Notes: generated from the letters alone by a model not told the origin. DNA of 64,000 nt from Microcoleus sp. (GCA_042408215.1 JAYFMW010000003.1:160001-224000); one strand, 5' to 3'. Shown: positions 38,746 through 50,879, numbered from the stretch's first letter. Program-made: numbers and translations.

Positions 38746-39519
38746 CTAATCTAATAAGTCAGGTTCCCGGCGCACTATCATCTCATAAAGTGGCTGAAAG
38801 CTAAACCATCCCAGGCGATGTGACCCTACTTGCTGCTGTGTTAAACTCGCATATTCTGGTTTGATTAAAATGGGTTTTCCCGCTGCTTCAGCCATTAATT
38901 GCGCTTGACAAGAACGTTCCATTGCAATAAACCACCAAGCCGCTTCATCTACGGTTTCACCTACTGTTAAAAGTCCGTGATTTTGTAGAATAATCGCTTT
39001 TTTATCACCTAAAGTTTTGGCAATGCGCTTAGCTTCTTCTATTTCGAGAACAACTCCGGTGTAATCGTCAAATAAAGCGTGATCTTCGTAAAAAGAACAA
39101 GCATCTTGAGTCAGCGGGTCGAGAAGGCGGCCGAGAGTTGACCAACTTTTGCCGTAGGGAGAATGGGCGTGGGCTGCTGCTATTACGTCGGGACGGGCGG
39201 CGTGGACTTGGGAATGAATGGCAAAAGCTGCTTCGTTTACGGGTTTATTTCCTTCCACAACTTCGCCTTTGTGGTTGACTAAAATTAGGTCGCTGACTCG
39301 AATTAAACTGAAGTGCATTCCAAAGGAATTGACCCAGAAATGGTCGAGGTGTTCGGGATCGCGGACTGTAATGTGTCCGGCGATTCCTTCGCTGAATCCG
39401 AAGCGGGCAAATAATCGGAATGCGGCGGCTAAACGCTGTTTGCGGTGGCGGCGTTCTTCTTCAACTGAGTTGAATTTTGGGGGTTGAATTGTGACTTTTG
39501 GGATGTTTATTGCGACCAT
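38746..39519 (-). CDS. Class II aldolase/adducin family protein
   Basis: EGIAGHIT, AFAIHSQVH, AHAHS, LQNHGLLTVG. Confidence 0.9.
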   Translation of the reverse strand: MVAINIPKVTIQPPKFNSVEEERRHRKQRLAAAFRLFARFGFSEGIAGHITVRDPEHLDHFWVNSFGMHFSLIRVSDLILVNHKGEVVEGNKPVNEAAFAIHSQVHAARPDVIAAAHAHSPYGKSWSTLGRLLDPLTQDACSFYEDHALFDDYTGVVLEIEEAKRIAKTLGDKKAIILQNHGLLTVGETVDEAAWWFIAMERSCQAQLMAEAAGKPILIKPEYASLTQQQVGSHRLGWFSFQPLYEMIVRREPDLLD

Positions 39520-39567
39520 AGCTTTCTTCCTTCTTCCTTCTTCCTTCTTTTTTCTTCCTTCATACTA

Positions 39568-40830
39568 TCATTTGCCGATCGCACTCCCAGCCAGCCACGC
39601 TGTAGTCCACGCACTTTGGAAGTTGAAACCACCCGTAACGCCGTCGATATCCAAGATTTCGCCAGCAAAGTAAAGTCCGGGACAGCGGCGGCTTTCCATT
39701 GTCTTGAAATCGACTTCTTTTAAGTTAACACCGCCGCAGGTGACGAATTCTTCCTTAAATGCGCCTTTTCCTGCGATCTGATATTCGCCTTGGACGAGCT
39801 CTTGGAGGAGTCGATCGAGGGTTTTATTAGGGATGTCGGCCCAGCGTTTTGGCTCATCAATGCCGATCGCACTTGTCAAACGTTCCCACAGGCGGCGCGG
39901 AATTGGAAACGGACAACTAGAGACGACCAATCGCTGCGACAACTGGGACTTTACCCCTAGCAATTGCTGGCGCAAAACTTCTGGATTGTACTGGGGAAGC
40001 CAATTGATTAATAAAGATGCTCGATAATGGCGATCGTGCAAAAATCTCGCACCCCAAGCCGAAAGTTTGAGTACAGCAGGCCCACTCAAACCCCAGTGAG
40101 TAATTAACAAAGGCCCGCTTTGTTCTAATTTTGCCGCTGGCAATTTTACCTTAGCATTAGCAACAGAAACTCCGGCTAAATCTTCGATTCTGCGATCGGA
40201 AATGTTAAACGTAAATAGAGAAGGCACCGGCTGTTCTATTGTGTGACCTAAATGTTTTGCCCACTTGAAACCAGAGGGATTGCTACCAGTAGCAAGAATT
40301 AGGCGATCGCACTTTAATTTCTCCCCCGATTTCAACTCAATTTCAAACCCCGGTTCCTTCGTGATGGCTCTGCCCCCGTGCCAATCCTCCAATGTTAATT
40401 TATTGACTGAAACTACCGCATCACCAGTGCGAATATTCACACCAGCATCCTCAGCGGCCCGGATCAAACAGTTAACAATTGTCGCGGAATCGTCTGTCAC
40501 CGGAAACATTCGCCCATCTGCTTCTGTCTTCAAAGTAACAGAATGACTGGCAAACCATTCGACAGTATCGCGGGGTTGAAACCGAGTAAATGCACCGCGC
40601 AGAGCTTTCCCTCCTCTGGGGTAATTCTGCACTAAAATAGCGGGGTCAAAACAAGCGTGAGTTGCGTTACAGCGCCCGCCGCCAGAAATGCGAACTTTTG
40701 CTAGGAGTTGGCGGCCAGCTTCTAGTAAAGTAACGCGGGCCTGCGGGTATGTTTGAGCGCAGGTAATTGCACTAAAAAAACCCGCAGCACCGCCGCCTAT
40801 GACTGTAATTGTGAAAATTCGATCGGACAA
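39568..40830 (-). CDS. HI0933/BaiN-family NAD(P)/FAD-dependent oxidoreductase
   Basis: IGGGAAG, KVRISGGGRCN, GRMFP, THWGLSGP, VTCGGV, GGFNFQ. Start uncertain (TTG 40830 versus 40914). Confidence 0.88.
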   Translation of the reverse strand: MSDRIFTITVIGGGAAGFFSAITCAQTYPQARVTLLEAGRQLLAKVRISGGGRCNATHACFDPAILVQNYPRGGKALRGAFTRFQPRDTVEWFASHSVTLKTEADGRMFPVTDDSATIVNCLIRAAEDAGVNIRTGDAVVSVNKLTLEDWHGGRAITKEPGFEIELKSGEKLKCDRLILATGSNPSGFKWAKHLGHTIEQPVPSLFTFNISDRRIEDLAGVSVANAKVKLPAAKLEQSGPLLITHWGLSGPAVLKLSAWGARFLHDRHYRASLLINWLPQYNPEVLRQQLLGVKSQLSQRLVVSSCPFPIPRRLWERLTSAIGIDEPKRWADIPNKTLDRLLQELVQGEYQIAGKGAFKEEFVTCGGVNLKEVDFKTMESRRCPGLYFAGEILDIDGVTGGFNFQSAWTTAWLAGSAIGK

Positions 40831-41004
40831 TTTTTTTCTCGCTGATTGTGTTTTAAACTGAGATATTATACCATTTATAATAAGCTTTTTAATGGCGGGC
40901 AGGAACCCCCACAAAAAATATCTCAGTTCAAATAGATTGTACTTGACAAGGCAACTTTGTGTAATACTAAATTATATTGTAACTCAACTTACCAAAGTTA
41001 ATTA

Positions 41005-41679
41005 ATGCAGTTAGCACCTTTATTTCCAATTATCCACCCGATTCTCAAATCTGCTTTTCCCAGATGTCTGTGGACGGGAGATGTCAACCGTCGAGAAATT
41101 GCCCTAACTTTTGACGACGGGCCACACAATCGGCATACTCTTGAACTGTTAAAAGTTTTAGATAGAACCGAAATAAAAGCTAGTTTTTTCTGGCTTGGTT
41201 GTTGTGTGGCGAGACACCCAGAAATTGCTAAAGCAGTTTGCGATCGCGGAGACTGGATCGGCCTCCACGGATACCAGCATATATCATTTCCCAAACTCAA
41301 ACCGCAGGAATTAAAGCAAAGTTTAGAAGACACGCAAAAAGCAATTTCCAAAGCTTGTGATTTAGATCCAAAATTAATCCGCGATGTGCGGCCTCCCAAC
41401 GGCTTTTTTACGCCTCAAACACTCCAGTTATTAAAACAGTGGGAATATCGCCCTGTGATGTGGACTGTTGTCCCGGAAGATTGGGTGCGGCCGGGGGTTT
41501 CGACAGTTGTTAGCCGCGTGGTGCAGCAAACTGTAAATGGTTCAATTATTGTACTGCATGACGGTTATTGTGGCGGCGAAGATGTGGCGGCTGCGGCTGC
41601 AAAAATTATTCCCTTGCTTCTGGATAAAGGTTACAATTTTGTTAGCATAGAGCAACTTTGGCAACAGGTCAGAAATTAA
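41005..41679 (+). CDS. Polysaccharide deacetylase (NodB homology)
   Basis: LTFDDGP, HGYQH, RPPNG, EDW, IIVLHD. Confidence 0.9.
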   Translation: MQLAPLFPIIHPILKSAFPRCLWTGDVNRREIALTFDDGPHNRHTLELLKVLDRTEIKASFFWLGCCVARHPEIAKAVCDRGDWIGLHGYQHISFPKLKPQELKQSLEDTQKAISKACDLDPKLIRDVRPPNGFFTPQTLQLLKQWEYRPVMWTVVPEDWVRPGVSTVVSRVVQQTVNGSIIVLHDGYCGGEDVAAAAAKIIPLLLDKGYNFVSIEQLWQQVRN

Positions 41680-41866
41680 CTCATTTCGGAATAAATTTAT
41701 GAAAAAAACACTGTTGATGGCATCTCTTTTGTGTTTGAGTACAGGATGGGCGATCGAGCTTTTGCCTACTTCCAGCGATGACTTTAGATTCTAAACGATC
41801 GCTAAATCAGGCTAGAATACCTGATACTATAGCCTTTCTCAGTAACAGTGCGGTGCACGCTTGATA

Positions 41867-41910
41867 TAGGGCATAGGGCATAGGGCATAGGGCATAGGGC
41901 ATAGGGCATA
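41867..41910. repeat. (ATAGGGC)n heptamer repeat
   Basis: Six tandem units. Confidence 0.85.
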
Positions 41911-41990
41911 CCTCACCAAGATTGAGAACTGCTATATGTAAACCTTGCGTAAGTTTCGATCGCAAATGTGGTGACAAAGGAGGATGCTGT

Positions 41991-43472
41991 ATGGTTAGAT
42001 CGCACAAAAGTCAAGCTCTAATTGCTTTCGTGGTAGTTTTGGGGATAATCATCGGGAATTTTCTGTTCCTGGGCCCGAATGCAGCGCCGGCATTTGCTGA
42101 AGCTAAATTTAAGGATGTTAAAGACCATTGGGCCCAAGCTTGTATTGAAGATTTGGCAGAGAAACAAATCATCACCGGCTACTACGAAGACGGCACTTTT
42201 CGGCCAAATCGCCCCGTCAGTCGCGCTGAGTTTGCGGCGATGCTTCGCAAGGCTTTTCCCGATGCGAAAACAGTCCGCAATCCGATTAATTTTGTAGATA
42301 TTCCTACGAATTACTGGGGTTTAAAAGCGATTCAAGAAGCTTATCAAACGGGTTTTATGTCTGGTTACAGCGGCAGTATCTTTAACCCGACTTTGAATAT
42401 TCCCCGCTGGCAAGTTTTGGTGGCTTTAAGTAGCGGATTGAAGTATTCGCCTGGGGGGCCGGCGACTGAGATTTTGGATGGGACTTTTGAAGATGCGCGG
42501 GAAATTCCCTCACTGGCCAGAAATGCGATCGCAGCCGCCGCAGAAAAACAACTTGTGGTCAATTATCCCGCAGTCAAACAACTAGAACCAACTCGCAATG
42601 CCAGTCGCGCGGAAGTAGCAACTTTCCTGTGTCAAGCAATTGCCAAACCGGGACAAACTGCCTTAGTTCCCTCCCAATATATCGCGCAAGTAGCGCCAAA
42701 TATCGGGCCGCAGATCACCACAGAAATCTCTGAATCTGGCAAAGTTAGGGCGGAATTTTCTTTCGTGAAGGAAGAGGAAAACGGTAAAAATTTCCGCATC
42801 AAAATTATCCGCGACGGTCAAAGTTTGTTGGAAGAACCTGTGCTAATTCCGACTCGTTCTTTAGTAGAAAACCAGGACAAAAAACCCAGCGATGAAATAT
42901 CAGAAGGACGTTTTTTATCGCTGGGAGTCCGGGATTTAGATGGGGACAAGGAACCGGAAGTGCTGGCAGAGTTGGTGTCAACCAAGAGCGGCTCTAACTG
43001 CTGCAATTATTCGTTTATTTATCGCTATGACTCTGGGTCTAAGAAATACACTCATCTCAAGCACTTCTGGGGCAATGTGAGCTACGAAATTGTCGATATT
43101 GGCAAAAATGATCTCCCGGAGTTCAAGAGTCAGGATGGGCGATTTGCGGAGGCTTTTACGAGTTATGCTGATGCGCGGTTGCCGCTGCAAATCTGGCAGT
43201 ACCGTCAAGGTAAAATGCTGGATGTTACGAAGCAGTATCCGGTGGAAGTATATACGAATTCCTGTGAACTTTGGCTGGAATCTAACAAGCGTTTAAGTGA
43301 AGAAAAGGAGGCGAAAGGGGTGTTGGTGGCTTACATGGCGAGTCAGTATGTACTGGGGCAGCAGGTGGAAAGTTGGCAGTTGTTGGAGAGGGTTTATCAA
43401 GGGCGCGATCGCACTCAATTTTTTGGTAAGTTGCGGGAGTTTTTGGTAAGTACGGGTTATGCTAGTAAGTAG
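41991..43472 (+). CDS. S-layer homology (SLH) domain protein
   Basis: Signal peptide; FKDVKDHWA, GTFRPNRPVSRAEFA, ASRAEVA; DLDGDKEPE motif in the C-terminal domain. Confidence 0.85.
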   Translation: MVRSHKSQALIAFVVVLGIIIGNFLFLGPNAAPAFAEAKFKDVKDHWAQACIEDLAEKQIITGYYEDGTFRPNRPVSRAEFAAMLRKAFPDAKTVRNPINFVDIPTNYWGLKAIQEAYQTGFMSGYSGSIFNPTLNIPRWQVLVALSSGLKYSPGGPATEILDGTFEDAREIPSLARNAIAAAAEKQLVVNYPAVKQLEPTRNASRAEVATFLCQAIAKPGQTALVPSQYIAQVAPNIGPQITTEISESGKVRAEFSFVKEEENGKNFRIKIIRDGQSLLEEPVLIPTRSLVENQDKKPSDEISEGRFLSLGVRDLDGDKEPEVLAELVSTKSGSNCCNYSFIYRYDSGSKKYTHLKHFWGNVSYEIVDIGKNDLPEFKSQDGRFAEAFTSYADARLPLQIWQYRQGKMLDVTKQYPVEVYTNSCELWLESNKRLSEEKEAKGVLVAYMASQYVLGQQVESWQLLERVYQGRDRTQFFGKLREFLVSTGYASK

Positions 43473-43813
43473 ATTTTGAGGTTTTTAACCGCAGATTAAA
43501 GCGGATTAACGCGGAGTAACGCGGATGTCTGCATAATTAACCACAAGCTCTGTAGGGCGGGTTTACTAATATCTATAACTTCATATTTAAGGTATTTGTA
43601 AACCCGCCCTAAGCTGCCTCTAAATTAGTCTGCTTGGAGTGGACTTTGTATGACAAGAAGCGATTTATATCGCGGAGTTATCTTAGAGAGAGAAGTTGTG
43701 CGGCATCTGGGAGAACCGATAATCATCAAATCGGGCGATCGCATTTTATGCTTGATCTATAATAGTAAAGTGCGATTCGGCGCACCCTACCTATAGTAGA
43801 GTGCGCTACCTAG

Positions 43814-44732
43814 TTAAGATTCCGTTTGATTTTTCGGGTCAAAACGAGCTAGTAATTCCGAGCGATCGAGCTGCATAATCATTCGCGTGCGATCGAGAAT
43901 TTCTAGTTGAATCAAAGGCTCGATTATTTGGGCTAATTCTTCATCAATCTCGCCAAATTTAACTTGTAGCATACTCTCAACCATCAGGCGTTGATTGCGC
44001 TCGATACCTTGCTGGATACCTCGCTGAGTTGCATCTTCCAGCCGTTGCAAGTAGAGGGGTGACAGTTCCATAATTAACTCCCGATCTTCTCGATCTATGT
44101 CTTGGCGAACTTCTAAAATCGTTCGCAAGTTGTACAACAATTCTAACGCATTCAACCGAAACACATTATCTGAGGGTAATTCTCTCAATTCGGCAACAGC
44201 TCGCTTCTGCACGTTTCCCTTCCCTAAAACTCTCAGCCACAGCGTTTCTGGAGTGCAGGGGAGTTGGTGAATGGCAATAATTGCTGCTTTCAGAGATGCA
44301 CCCATAAAATAAACTCCATTCACCCAATTTTCCGGTTCGGGAATCGCTCCAAATCCAGCTAGCAGCGGATCGGAAACAGTCGGCGACAGTATCCAGAGTA
44401 GGGGCAAGTCTGCCTCTGCAATCCGGGTATTTTCTCTAGCTGCGATGCGTTCAAATTCGGCGTGGAGGTCAAAGAGTTTGGCCAGACAACTGCGAATTTC
44501 TCCGGGTTGGACTGGACTGCGGAATGGTTCAAATACAGCGGGTTTTGCTGCGATTTGACCCAGAAGGCCGAGGGTTGTTGCTTCGATTTCCTGCTCCGGT
44601 TTCGGGGAAAATAAAACGTCAAGTTGCCTCACTTCTCCAGCAATGTCGCGGCTGGTTTCTACATTGCCGAAAGGGGTTAATAGTTCTTTGAGATACTGCG
44701 AGAGCAAATTGGTCGTGGATGAATCTAGTCAT
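43814..44732 (-). pseudogene. Cyanobacterial Rpn-like / PD-(D/E)xK-type protein, frameshifted near the start
   Basis: MTRFIHDQFA in one frame, QYLKELLTPFG..RQLDV.F..FEPFR..TLWLRVLGKG..GIQQG in the next; shift at about 44700. Confidence 0.7.
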
Positions 44733-44928
44733 GGGATTTTTGATTTTTGATTTTTGATTTTTGATGGGAAAATTGAATAATTGACCTCTAGTTCCAATAT
44801 TAGCCGACAACAAAAGTAGATAGGCGCAGTTGTCACCAGACATTTCTGAAAGTTTCGACAGCAATTGTTGCAGCACAAACCTGACTAATCTGATATCATA
44901 ATCATTCAGTCATTAAAGGAAATCAGCC

Positions 44929-46734
44929 ATGCGAATCTCTCAAATGCTTTTCGTCACCCTGCGGGAAGACCCAGCAGAAGCAGAAATTCCCAGCCACAAA
45001 TTATTACTCCGTGCTGGATACATCCGCCGCATCGGTAGCGGGATTTACGCTTATCTGCCCTTAATGTGGCGTGTCCTCAAAAAAGTCTCCCAAATTGTGC
45101 GGGAAGAAATGGACGCTACTGGCGCTCAAGAATGCCTCTTGCCGCAACTGCAACCAGCCGATTTGTGGCGGGAATCTGGCCGCTGGGATACCTACACTCA
45201 AGCTGAAGGTATCATGTTTGCTCTCACAGACCGTCGCGACACTGAGTTGGGATTGGGCCCAACTCACGAAGAAGTAATTACTACAATTGCTAAAGATATG
45301 ATTCGTTCCTATCGGCAATTGCCTACCCATTTGTATCAAATTCAAACTAAATTTCGCGATGAAATTCGCCCCCGTTTTGGCTTGATGCGCGGTCGTGAAT
45401 TCATTATGAAAGATGGCTATTCTTTCCACAGTAGCGAGGAAAGTTTGAAAAAAACTTATCAGGATATGGCTCAAGCTTACAGCAATATGCTGCGGCGATC
45501 GGGTTTGCAATTCCGAGCAGTAGATGCTGATTCGGGCGCAATTGGTGGTTCTGGTTCTCAAGAGTTTATGGTATTAGCTGAAGCGGGAGAAGATGAAGTT
45601 CTCTACACTGAAGATGGTCAGTATGCCGCTAATTTGGAAAAGGCTGTCTCAATACCTGCTGATACTGAAACATCAACCTTTGCAACTTTTGAAAAGCGGG
45701 AAACACCGGGAACTGACACCATTGAAAAACTCTGCAAATTTCTCAAGTGTTCTCCTACTCAAGTTGTTAAGAATGTGCTTTATCAGGCCGTTTATGACAG
45801 CGGAATCACAGTGCTGGTATTGGTCAGCATTCGCGGAGATCAAGATGTCAATCAGGTCAAGTTGCTGAATGAATTAACCAAATTAGCTGGCAATTATCAA
45901 GCGAAAACCATCCTGTTTCTGACAGTACCCGATGCGGAAGCTCAGCGGCAATGGGCCGCGAAAACTTTACCTCTAGGTTATATGGCTCCCGATGTTGCTG
46001 ATGATTATATCGCCGACAGCAAGGAGGTAAATTCTAAGTTTTTGCGTTTGGTCGATCGCACCGCCGTTGACCTCACAAACTTTGTCACTGGCTCTAACGC
46101 ATCAGGATATCACGTTGTGGGAGCCAATTGGGACAAAGAATTTCCCCTACCGAGTTTAGCAGTAGATGTCAGGAAGGCCAAAAAGGGCGATCGGGCTGTT
46201 CACAATCCCGAACAAACATTGCAAACCGCCAGAGGTATCGAAGTCGGCCACATCTTCCAACTAGGCACAAAATACTCCCAAGCAATGGGTGCCACCTACA
46301 CCAACGAACAAGGCGAAGAAATGCCCTTAGTTATGGGTTGCTACGGCGTCGGCGTGTCGCGCTTAGCTCAATCGGCTGTAGAACAATCCTACGACAAAGA
46401 TGGGATAATTTGGCCAGTGGCGATCGCCCCCTATCATGCCATCATTAGCATCCCCAATATTTCCGACACCCAACAAGTAGAAGTTGCCGAAAAACTCTAC
46501 GCAGAACTCAATCAATCTGGCATTGAAACTCTGTTAGATGACCGCGATGAACGTGCAGGAGTTAAATTCAAAGATGCCGATTTAATTGGCATTCCCTATC
46601 GCATTGTTCCGGGTCGTTCTCTGAAATCTGGTAAGGTCGAAGTAGTTGAAAGAGCAACTCACAAATCCCATGAAATTCTCATTGAGCAAGTCAATTCTAC
46701 CTTAAAACAGTGGATTGATGCAGCTATCCAATGA
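44929..46734 (+). CDS. proS: Proline--tRNA ligase
   Basis: [48 protein letters not shown]. Confidence 0.97.
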   Translation: MRISQMLFVTLREDPAEAEIPSHKLLLRAGYIRRIGSGIYAYLPLMWRVLKKVSQIVREEMDATGAQECLLPQLQPADLWRESGRWDTYTQAEGIMFALTDRRDTELGLGPTHEEVITTIAKDMIRSYRQLPTHLYQIQTKFRDEIRPRFGLMRGREFIMKDGYSFHSSEESLKKTYQDMAQAYSNMLRRSGLQFRAVDADSGAIGGSGSQEFMVLAEAGEDEVLYTEDGQYAANLEKAVSIPADTETSTFATFEKRETPGTDTIEKLCKFLKCSPTQVVKNVLYQAVYDSGITVLVLVSIRGDQDVNQVKLLNELTKLAGNYQAKTILFLTVPDAEAQRQWAAKTLPLGYMAPDVADDYIADSKEVNSKFLRLVDRTAVDLTNFVTGSNASGYHVVGANWDKEFPLPSLAVDVRKAKKGDRAVHNPEQTLQTARGIEVGHIFQLGTKYSQAMGATYTNEQGEEMPLVMGCYGVGVSRLAQSAVEQSYDKDGIIWPVAIAPYHAIISIPNISDTQQVEVAEKLYAELNQSGIETLLDDRDERAGVKFKDADLIGIPYRIVPGRSLKSGKVEVVERATHKSHEILIEQVNSTLKQWIDAAIQ

Positions 46735-46783
46735 GCTTTTATAATTGGTAAGGTGTGAACTGCACACCTTACATTAACGGCTA

Positions 46784-46884
46784 GAGGACTTACTGCTAAG
46801 AAACCCGGTTTCTACGACAATCTTGGGTTGGCCAACGAAAATCTACAAACCAACCGGGTTTCTGAAGATTAGTGTATAAGTCCT
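46784..46884. repeat. Miniature element carrying AGAAACC(C/G)GGTTTCT palindromes
   Basis: Degenerate AGGACTTAC...TAAGTCCTG ends; family members at 54462-54572, about 21757, 35055 and 63893-64000. Confidence 0.6.
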
Positions 46885-46904
46885 GGGGTAGTAAGCTGCA
46901 TATC

Positions 46905-48296
46905 CCTCAATCTCGAATCGGCATCACTTCCCTGCTAGATACGCCGATTCAAATAGGTGGTGAAACAGCAGGAGTTCTTTGTTTGGAACACGTAGGAACG
47001 CCCCGTCATTGGACTATTGAAGAACAAAGTTTCGCTGTTTCTCTAGCTGATTCCGTGACTTTTGCCGTGGAAGCGCGACAACGCCAGCGGGCAGAAGAAG
47101 CGCTGCGACAAGCTGAAGAAAAATATCGCAGCATCTTTGAAAATGCGATCGTCGGCATTTTTCAAACTACCCCAGATGGGGAATATCTCAGCGCCAATCC
47201 TGCTTTGCTTCGCATTTAGGGTAACAGTTCGCGCGAGGAATTGGTCGGCACATTAACTAATGTTAGCCAACAACTTTATGTTTACCCCGAACAGCGCGCC
47301 GAAGTTGTCCGCTTAATACAAGAACAAGGAAAAGTATCGGATTTAGAATCTCAAGTTGATCGCAGAGATGGCCGCATAATTTGGATTTGCGAGAATACTT
47401 ATACTGTGTGCGATCGCTAGGGAAATTTGCTCTATTACGAAGGCACTGTTCAAGATATCACAACTCGCAAACTAGCTGAAGCAGCCCTAGGTTTAGAACA
47501 AGAAAAATCCGATCGCCTTTTGCTAAATATTCTGCCCCAGCCCATCGCCGAAAGGCTCAAACAAGACCCAAGTATCATTGCCGATACTTTTGCTGATGTT
47601 ACTGTTTTGTTGGCCGACATCGTAGGTTTTACTCAACTCAGTGCGCGAGTTTCTCCTACGCAATTAGTTTCTTTGCTGAATGAGATTTTTTCAACATTTG
47701 ACCAGCTAGCAGAAAAGCACGGTTTGGAAAAAAATAAGACGATTGGGGATGCTTACATGGTAGTGGGAGGACTGCCAATTCCTTGCCTAGATCATGCAGA
47801 AAGAATCGCCAAAATGGCCCTGGATATGCAGGAGGCAATTAGCGATTTCAGTAATACCCACAGCCAAGATTTTAGCATCAGAATCGGCATCAACAGTGGC
47901 CCCGTTGTCGCGGGAGTGATTGGGATTAAAAAATTTATTTACGATTTGTGGGGAGACACCGTTAACACAGCTTCCCGCAGGTCATCCCACGGTTTACCGG
48001 GGTGCATTCAGGTGACATCGACAACTTATAATCGATTGCAGGAAAAGTATATATTTGAAAGTCGTCCTGCGATCGATGTTAAAGGCAAAGGTCTGATGAA
48101 TACTTATACTAATTCTCAAAACTCATGCAACAGTATCTGTAGGGTGCGTCGCCATCAAAAATCTTAAAGAATATCCACAATCTTTGAGCGACGCACCTTA
48201 CACGAGCGGGTGAGCGTAAACAAACCCACACTCATCATTGTTGCAAGACTTTAGAGAATTGGTATTATTTACTACAATGTAGAAAGTGGATCTAGT
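46905..48296 (+). pseudogene. Degraded GAF-PAS-adenylate/guanylate cyclase gene
   Basis: GVLCLEHVG (GAF), [15 protein letters not shown] (PAS), LADIVGFT, KTIGDAYM, YDLWGDTVNTASR. Internal stops at about 47217 and 47418, 5' truncation and a MITE near the 3' end. Confidence 0.85.
48107..48264. mobile_element. MITE with 11-bp TIRs and TTA target duplication
   Basis: TTA|TACTAATTCTC ... GAGAATTGGTA|TTA; excision restores ...MNTYLLQCRKWI*; contains a GTAGGGTGCGTCGC/GCGACGCACCTTAC doublet. Confidence 0.7.
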
Positions 48297-48438
48297 AGTA
48301 ACTGGCGATTGAAATCGCTACTACACAAACAAAGTCCTAGCAGAGAGGGACTAAGAAATAAGGACTAAAGTCCTTACTACGAACCTAAAAAACAGGTTTG
48401 TAGTCAGGACTTTAGTCCTTTCTGCGCCGAGAAGTTTC

Positions 48439-48675
48439 TTACATCTTGTAAAGGTTAATTCCAGCTTCCTTAGCCATAATTTCCAAGCCCTTGTGTTGCA
48501 AGGTTTTAATTGCCTTTGTAGAAAGGTGCAATCTTACCCAGCGTTTTTCCTGCGGCCACCAAATCCGCTTCCACTGTAAATTGGCTTCTTGCAACTTGTG
48601 AGTGCGGTGGTGCGAGTGAGAAACTGCAAAACCGTTATTCGCCTTCTTCCCCGTTAGCTGACATTTCCGTGACAT
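48439..48675 (-). CDS. rpmB: 50S ribosomal protein L28
   Basis: [32 protein letters not shown]. Confidence 0.96.
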   Translation of the reverse strand: MSRKCQLTGKKANNGFAVSHSHHRTHKLQEANLQWKRIWWPQEKRWVRLHLSTKAIKTLQHKGLEIMAKEAGINLYKM

Positions 48676-48853
48676 ATTGCCCTCCAGATTACCGTTTTTT
48701 GCGTGCAGCCTTTCATTATAGCCGAAGGAAGTTCGGCAACGGATTCGCTCCACGGATTTAACGGATGTAAAGAAGAAGGCTTTAGTTATCCCTTTAGCAA
48801 GGGAAATCAACTCTGGCTCCCCCCCTGATTCAAGGGGGGGTTGGGGGGGTTAA

Positions 48854-50842
48854 TTACATAGCACGTTCAGTCAATTTTGTCAAGACTTGGTTCGATCGCT
48901 CGACAAACTCCTTCATCCCCTCAGCATCGAAACCCTTCTGAGCCATCAAAGCCAAGTCGTAAACGTGGTGACAAATCATGCTCGCCAACTGGGCCGACGG
49001 AGACTCGCCGCCGCCTTGAATAATTGAACCCTGACTCAAATTAGCCAGATTTTGAATCAGCGGGTGGGCCGTATTCACCAGCAAAACGTGTTCTTCGGGG
49101 AATTCGGCCGCTTGCTGCTGTACCAGAGCCATCATATCCCGCATCCGGCGCAAATCTTCCGGCAAAAGTACGATCGCAGGTGGTGCCGCCTCTGGAGAAT
49201 CTGACTTCAAAGCTTCAGTGCGGATGTTCACTTTTGGCTTATCGATCGCTTTTTGGAACAATTCTTTAACTTGTTCGCTGCGAGTTTTATTCGTAGTCGG
49301 ATCGACAATTTCCGCTTCTTTTTCTTTGTCAATTAGCGTATCATCTAGGTCGGAATCAACTCGCGAGAATTTGACTTCTTGGTGTTCTCTTTCTAGGAAA
49401 CTAATAAAGTGCGTGTCGATGAAAGAATCCATAAACAGCACTTCCAAACCTTGGCTTTTGTGCAGTGCGACGTAAGTTGCTTGAGATGCCGGTTCCGTAC
49501 AATAAAACACGCGATTTTCGTGACGTTTTTGATTCCGTTCCAAATACTCTTTCAGGGTGGTGTAAGGCTGCGTTGAAGTAGCAGTTTCCGACTTCGGATT
49601 TACATCTTGCCACAAATCTCCTTCCTCAGCTTGCACCTGAACTTCTGGCGTTTCGGTTTCTGGCTTCGGCGTTGTTGGTTCGTAGGTGCTGCGATAGATT
49701 AAGATATCTTCAATTTGCTTTTTAAACTTGTCATCGTTGAGAGCTCCGAATTTGACAAAAGTGCCGATATCTTGCCAGCAACGGATGTACTCATTGCGAT
49801 CGTCCCGGTAAAGTTCTTTGAGCCGATCGCCCACTTTTTTCGCAATATAATCAGCTATTTTCCGCACCGTGCGATTGCTTTGCAACGAACTGCGAGACAC
49901 GTTCAGCGGAATGTCGGTACTGTCGATCGCGCCCCGCAGCGGCATCAAGAATTTAGGAATAATTTCTTCGCAGTGGTCGCTGACAAAAACCTGATTGCAG
50001 AATAGCTTAATATTGCCTTTGGTAACATCGACATCCGGCCGCAGTTTGGGAAAGTAAAGAATGCCGTTGACAATGAAAGGATAATCTGTATTCAGGTGTA
50101 CCCACAGCAGCGGCTCATCTTGGAACGGATAAAGGTGGCGGTACAGTTCTAAGTAATCTTCTTTTTGCAAATTGCTGGCTGATTCCCGCCAAATTGCCTT
50201 GTGCTTGTTGAGTTCCTCTCCTTCAAATTTGATGGGAACTGGCATGAAATCGCAGTAAGTTTTGATTAACTGCTTAATGCGGCTGGGTTCTAGATATTCT
50301 TGTTCTTCGTCTTGGAGAGTGAGGGTAATTGTAGTGCCGCGTTCTGTGCGGGTAGATTCTGATAGTTCAAAAGCGGGAGAACCGTCGCAAGACCAGTGTA
50401 CAGCTTGCGCGCCTTCTTGGTAAGAAAGGGTGTCTATATCTACTTTCTGAGCCACCATGAAAGAAGAGTAGAAACCGAGACCGAAGTTACCGATAATTGC
50501 GTCGTCGCCGCTGCCTTGATATTTTTGAATAAATTCTTCGGCACTGGAGAAAGCGACTTGGTTGATGTATTTTTTTACCTCGTCGGCGGTCATGCCGATG
50601 CCGTTGTCGGAAATTGAGAGTGTCTTATTTTCTTTGTCAATGGCTATGTTGATTTCTGGTTCGCCAAGGTCGCCGCTGTATTCGCCCGATCGAGCAACCA
50701 TTTTGAGTTTAGAAATGGCATCGACAGCGTTGGAAATTAGTTCCCGCAAGAAGACTTCGTGGTCGGTGTATAGGGACTTCTTGATAATCGGGAAAATATT
50801 ATCGGTATGGATTGAGATTGTTCCCTGTTCTAAAACTGTCAT
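48854..50842 (-). CDS. htpG: Molecular chaperone HtpG (Hsp90)
   Basis: FLRELISNA, DNGIGMT, IIGNFGLGFYS, DIPLNVSRS. Confidence 0.95.
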   Translation of the reverse strand: MTVLEQGTISIHTDNIFPIIKKSLYTDHEVFLRELISNAVDAISKLKMVARSGEYSGDLGEPEINIAIDKENKTLSISDNGIGMTADEVKKYINQVAFSSAEEFIQKYQGSGDDAIIGNFGLGFYSSFMVAQKVDIDTLSYQEGAQAVHWSCDGSPAFELSESTRTERGTTITLTLQDEEQEYLEPSRIKQLIKTYCDFMPVPIKFEGEELNKHKAIWRESASNLQKEDYLELYRHLYPFQDEPLLWVHLNTDYPFIVNGILYFPKLRPDVDVTKGNIKLFCNQVFVSDHCEEIIPKFLMPLRGAIDSTDIPLNVSRSSLQSNRTVRKIADYIAKKVGDRLKELYRDDRNEYIRCWQDIGTFVKFGALNDDKFKKQIEDILIYRSTYEPTTPKPETETPEVQVQAEEGDLWQDVNPKSETATSTQPYTTLKEYLERNQKRHENRVFYCTEPASQATYVALHKSQGLEVLFMDSFIDTHFISFLEREHQEVKFSRVDSDLDDTLIDKEKEAEIVDPTTNKTRSEQVKELFQKAIDKPKVNIRTEALKSDSPEAAPPAIVLLPEDLRRMRDMMALVQQQAAEFPEEHVLLVNTAHPLIQNLANLSQGSIIQGGGESPSAQLASMICHHVYDLALMAQKGFDAEGMKEFVERSNQVLTKLTERAM

Positions 50843-50879
50843 AGGTTTTCGCTAGGTATTTTTGAGGAGTCAGTAGTCC

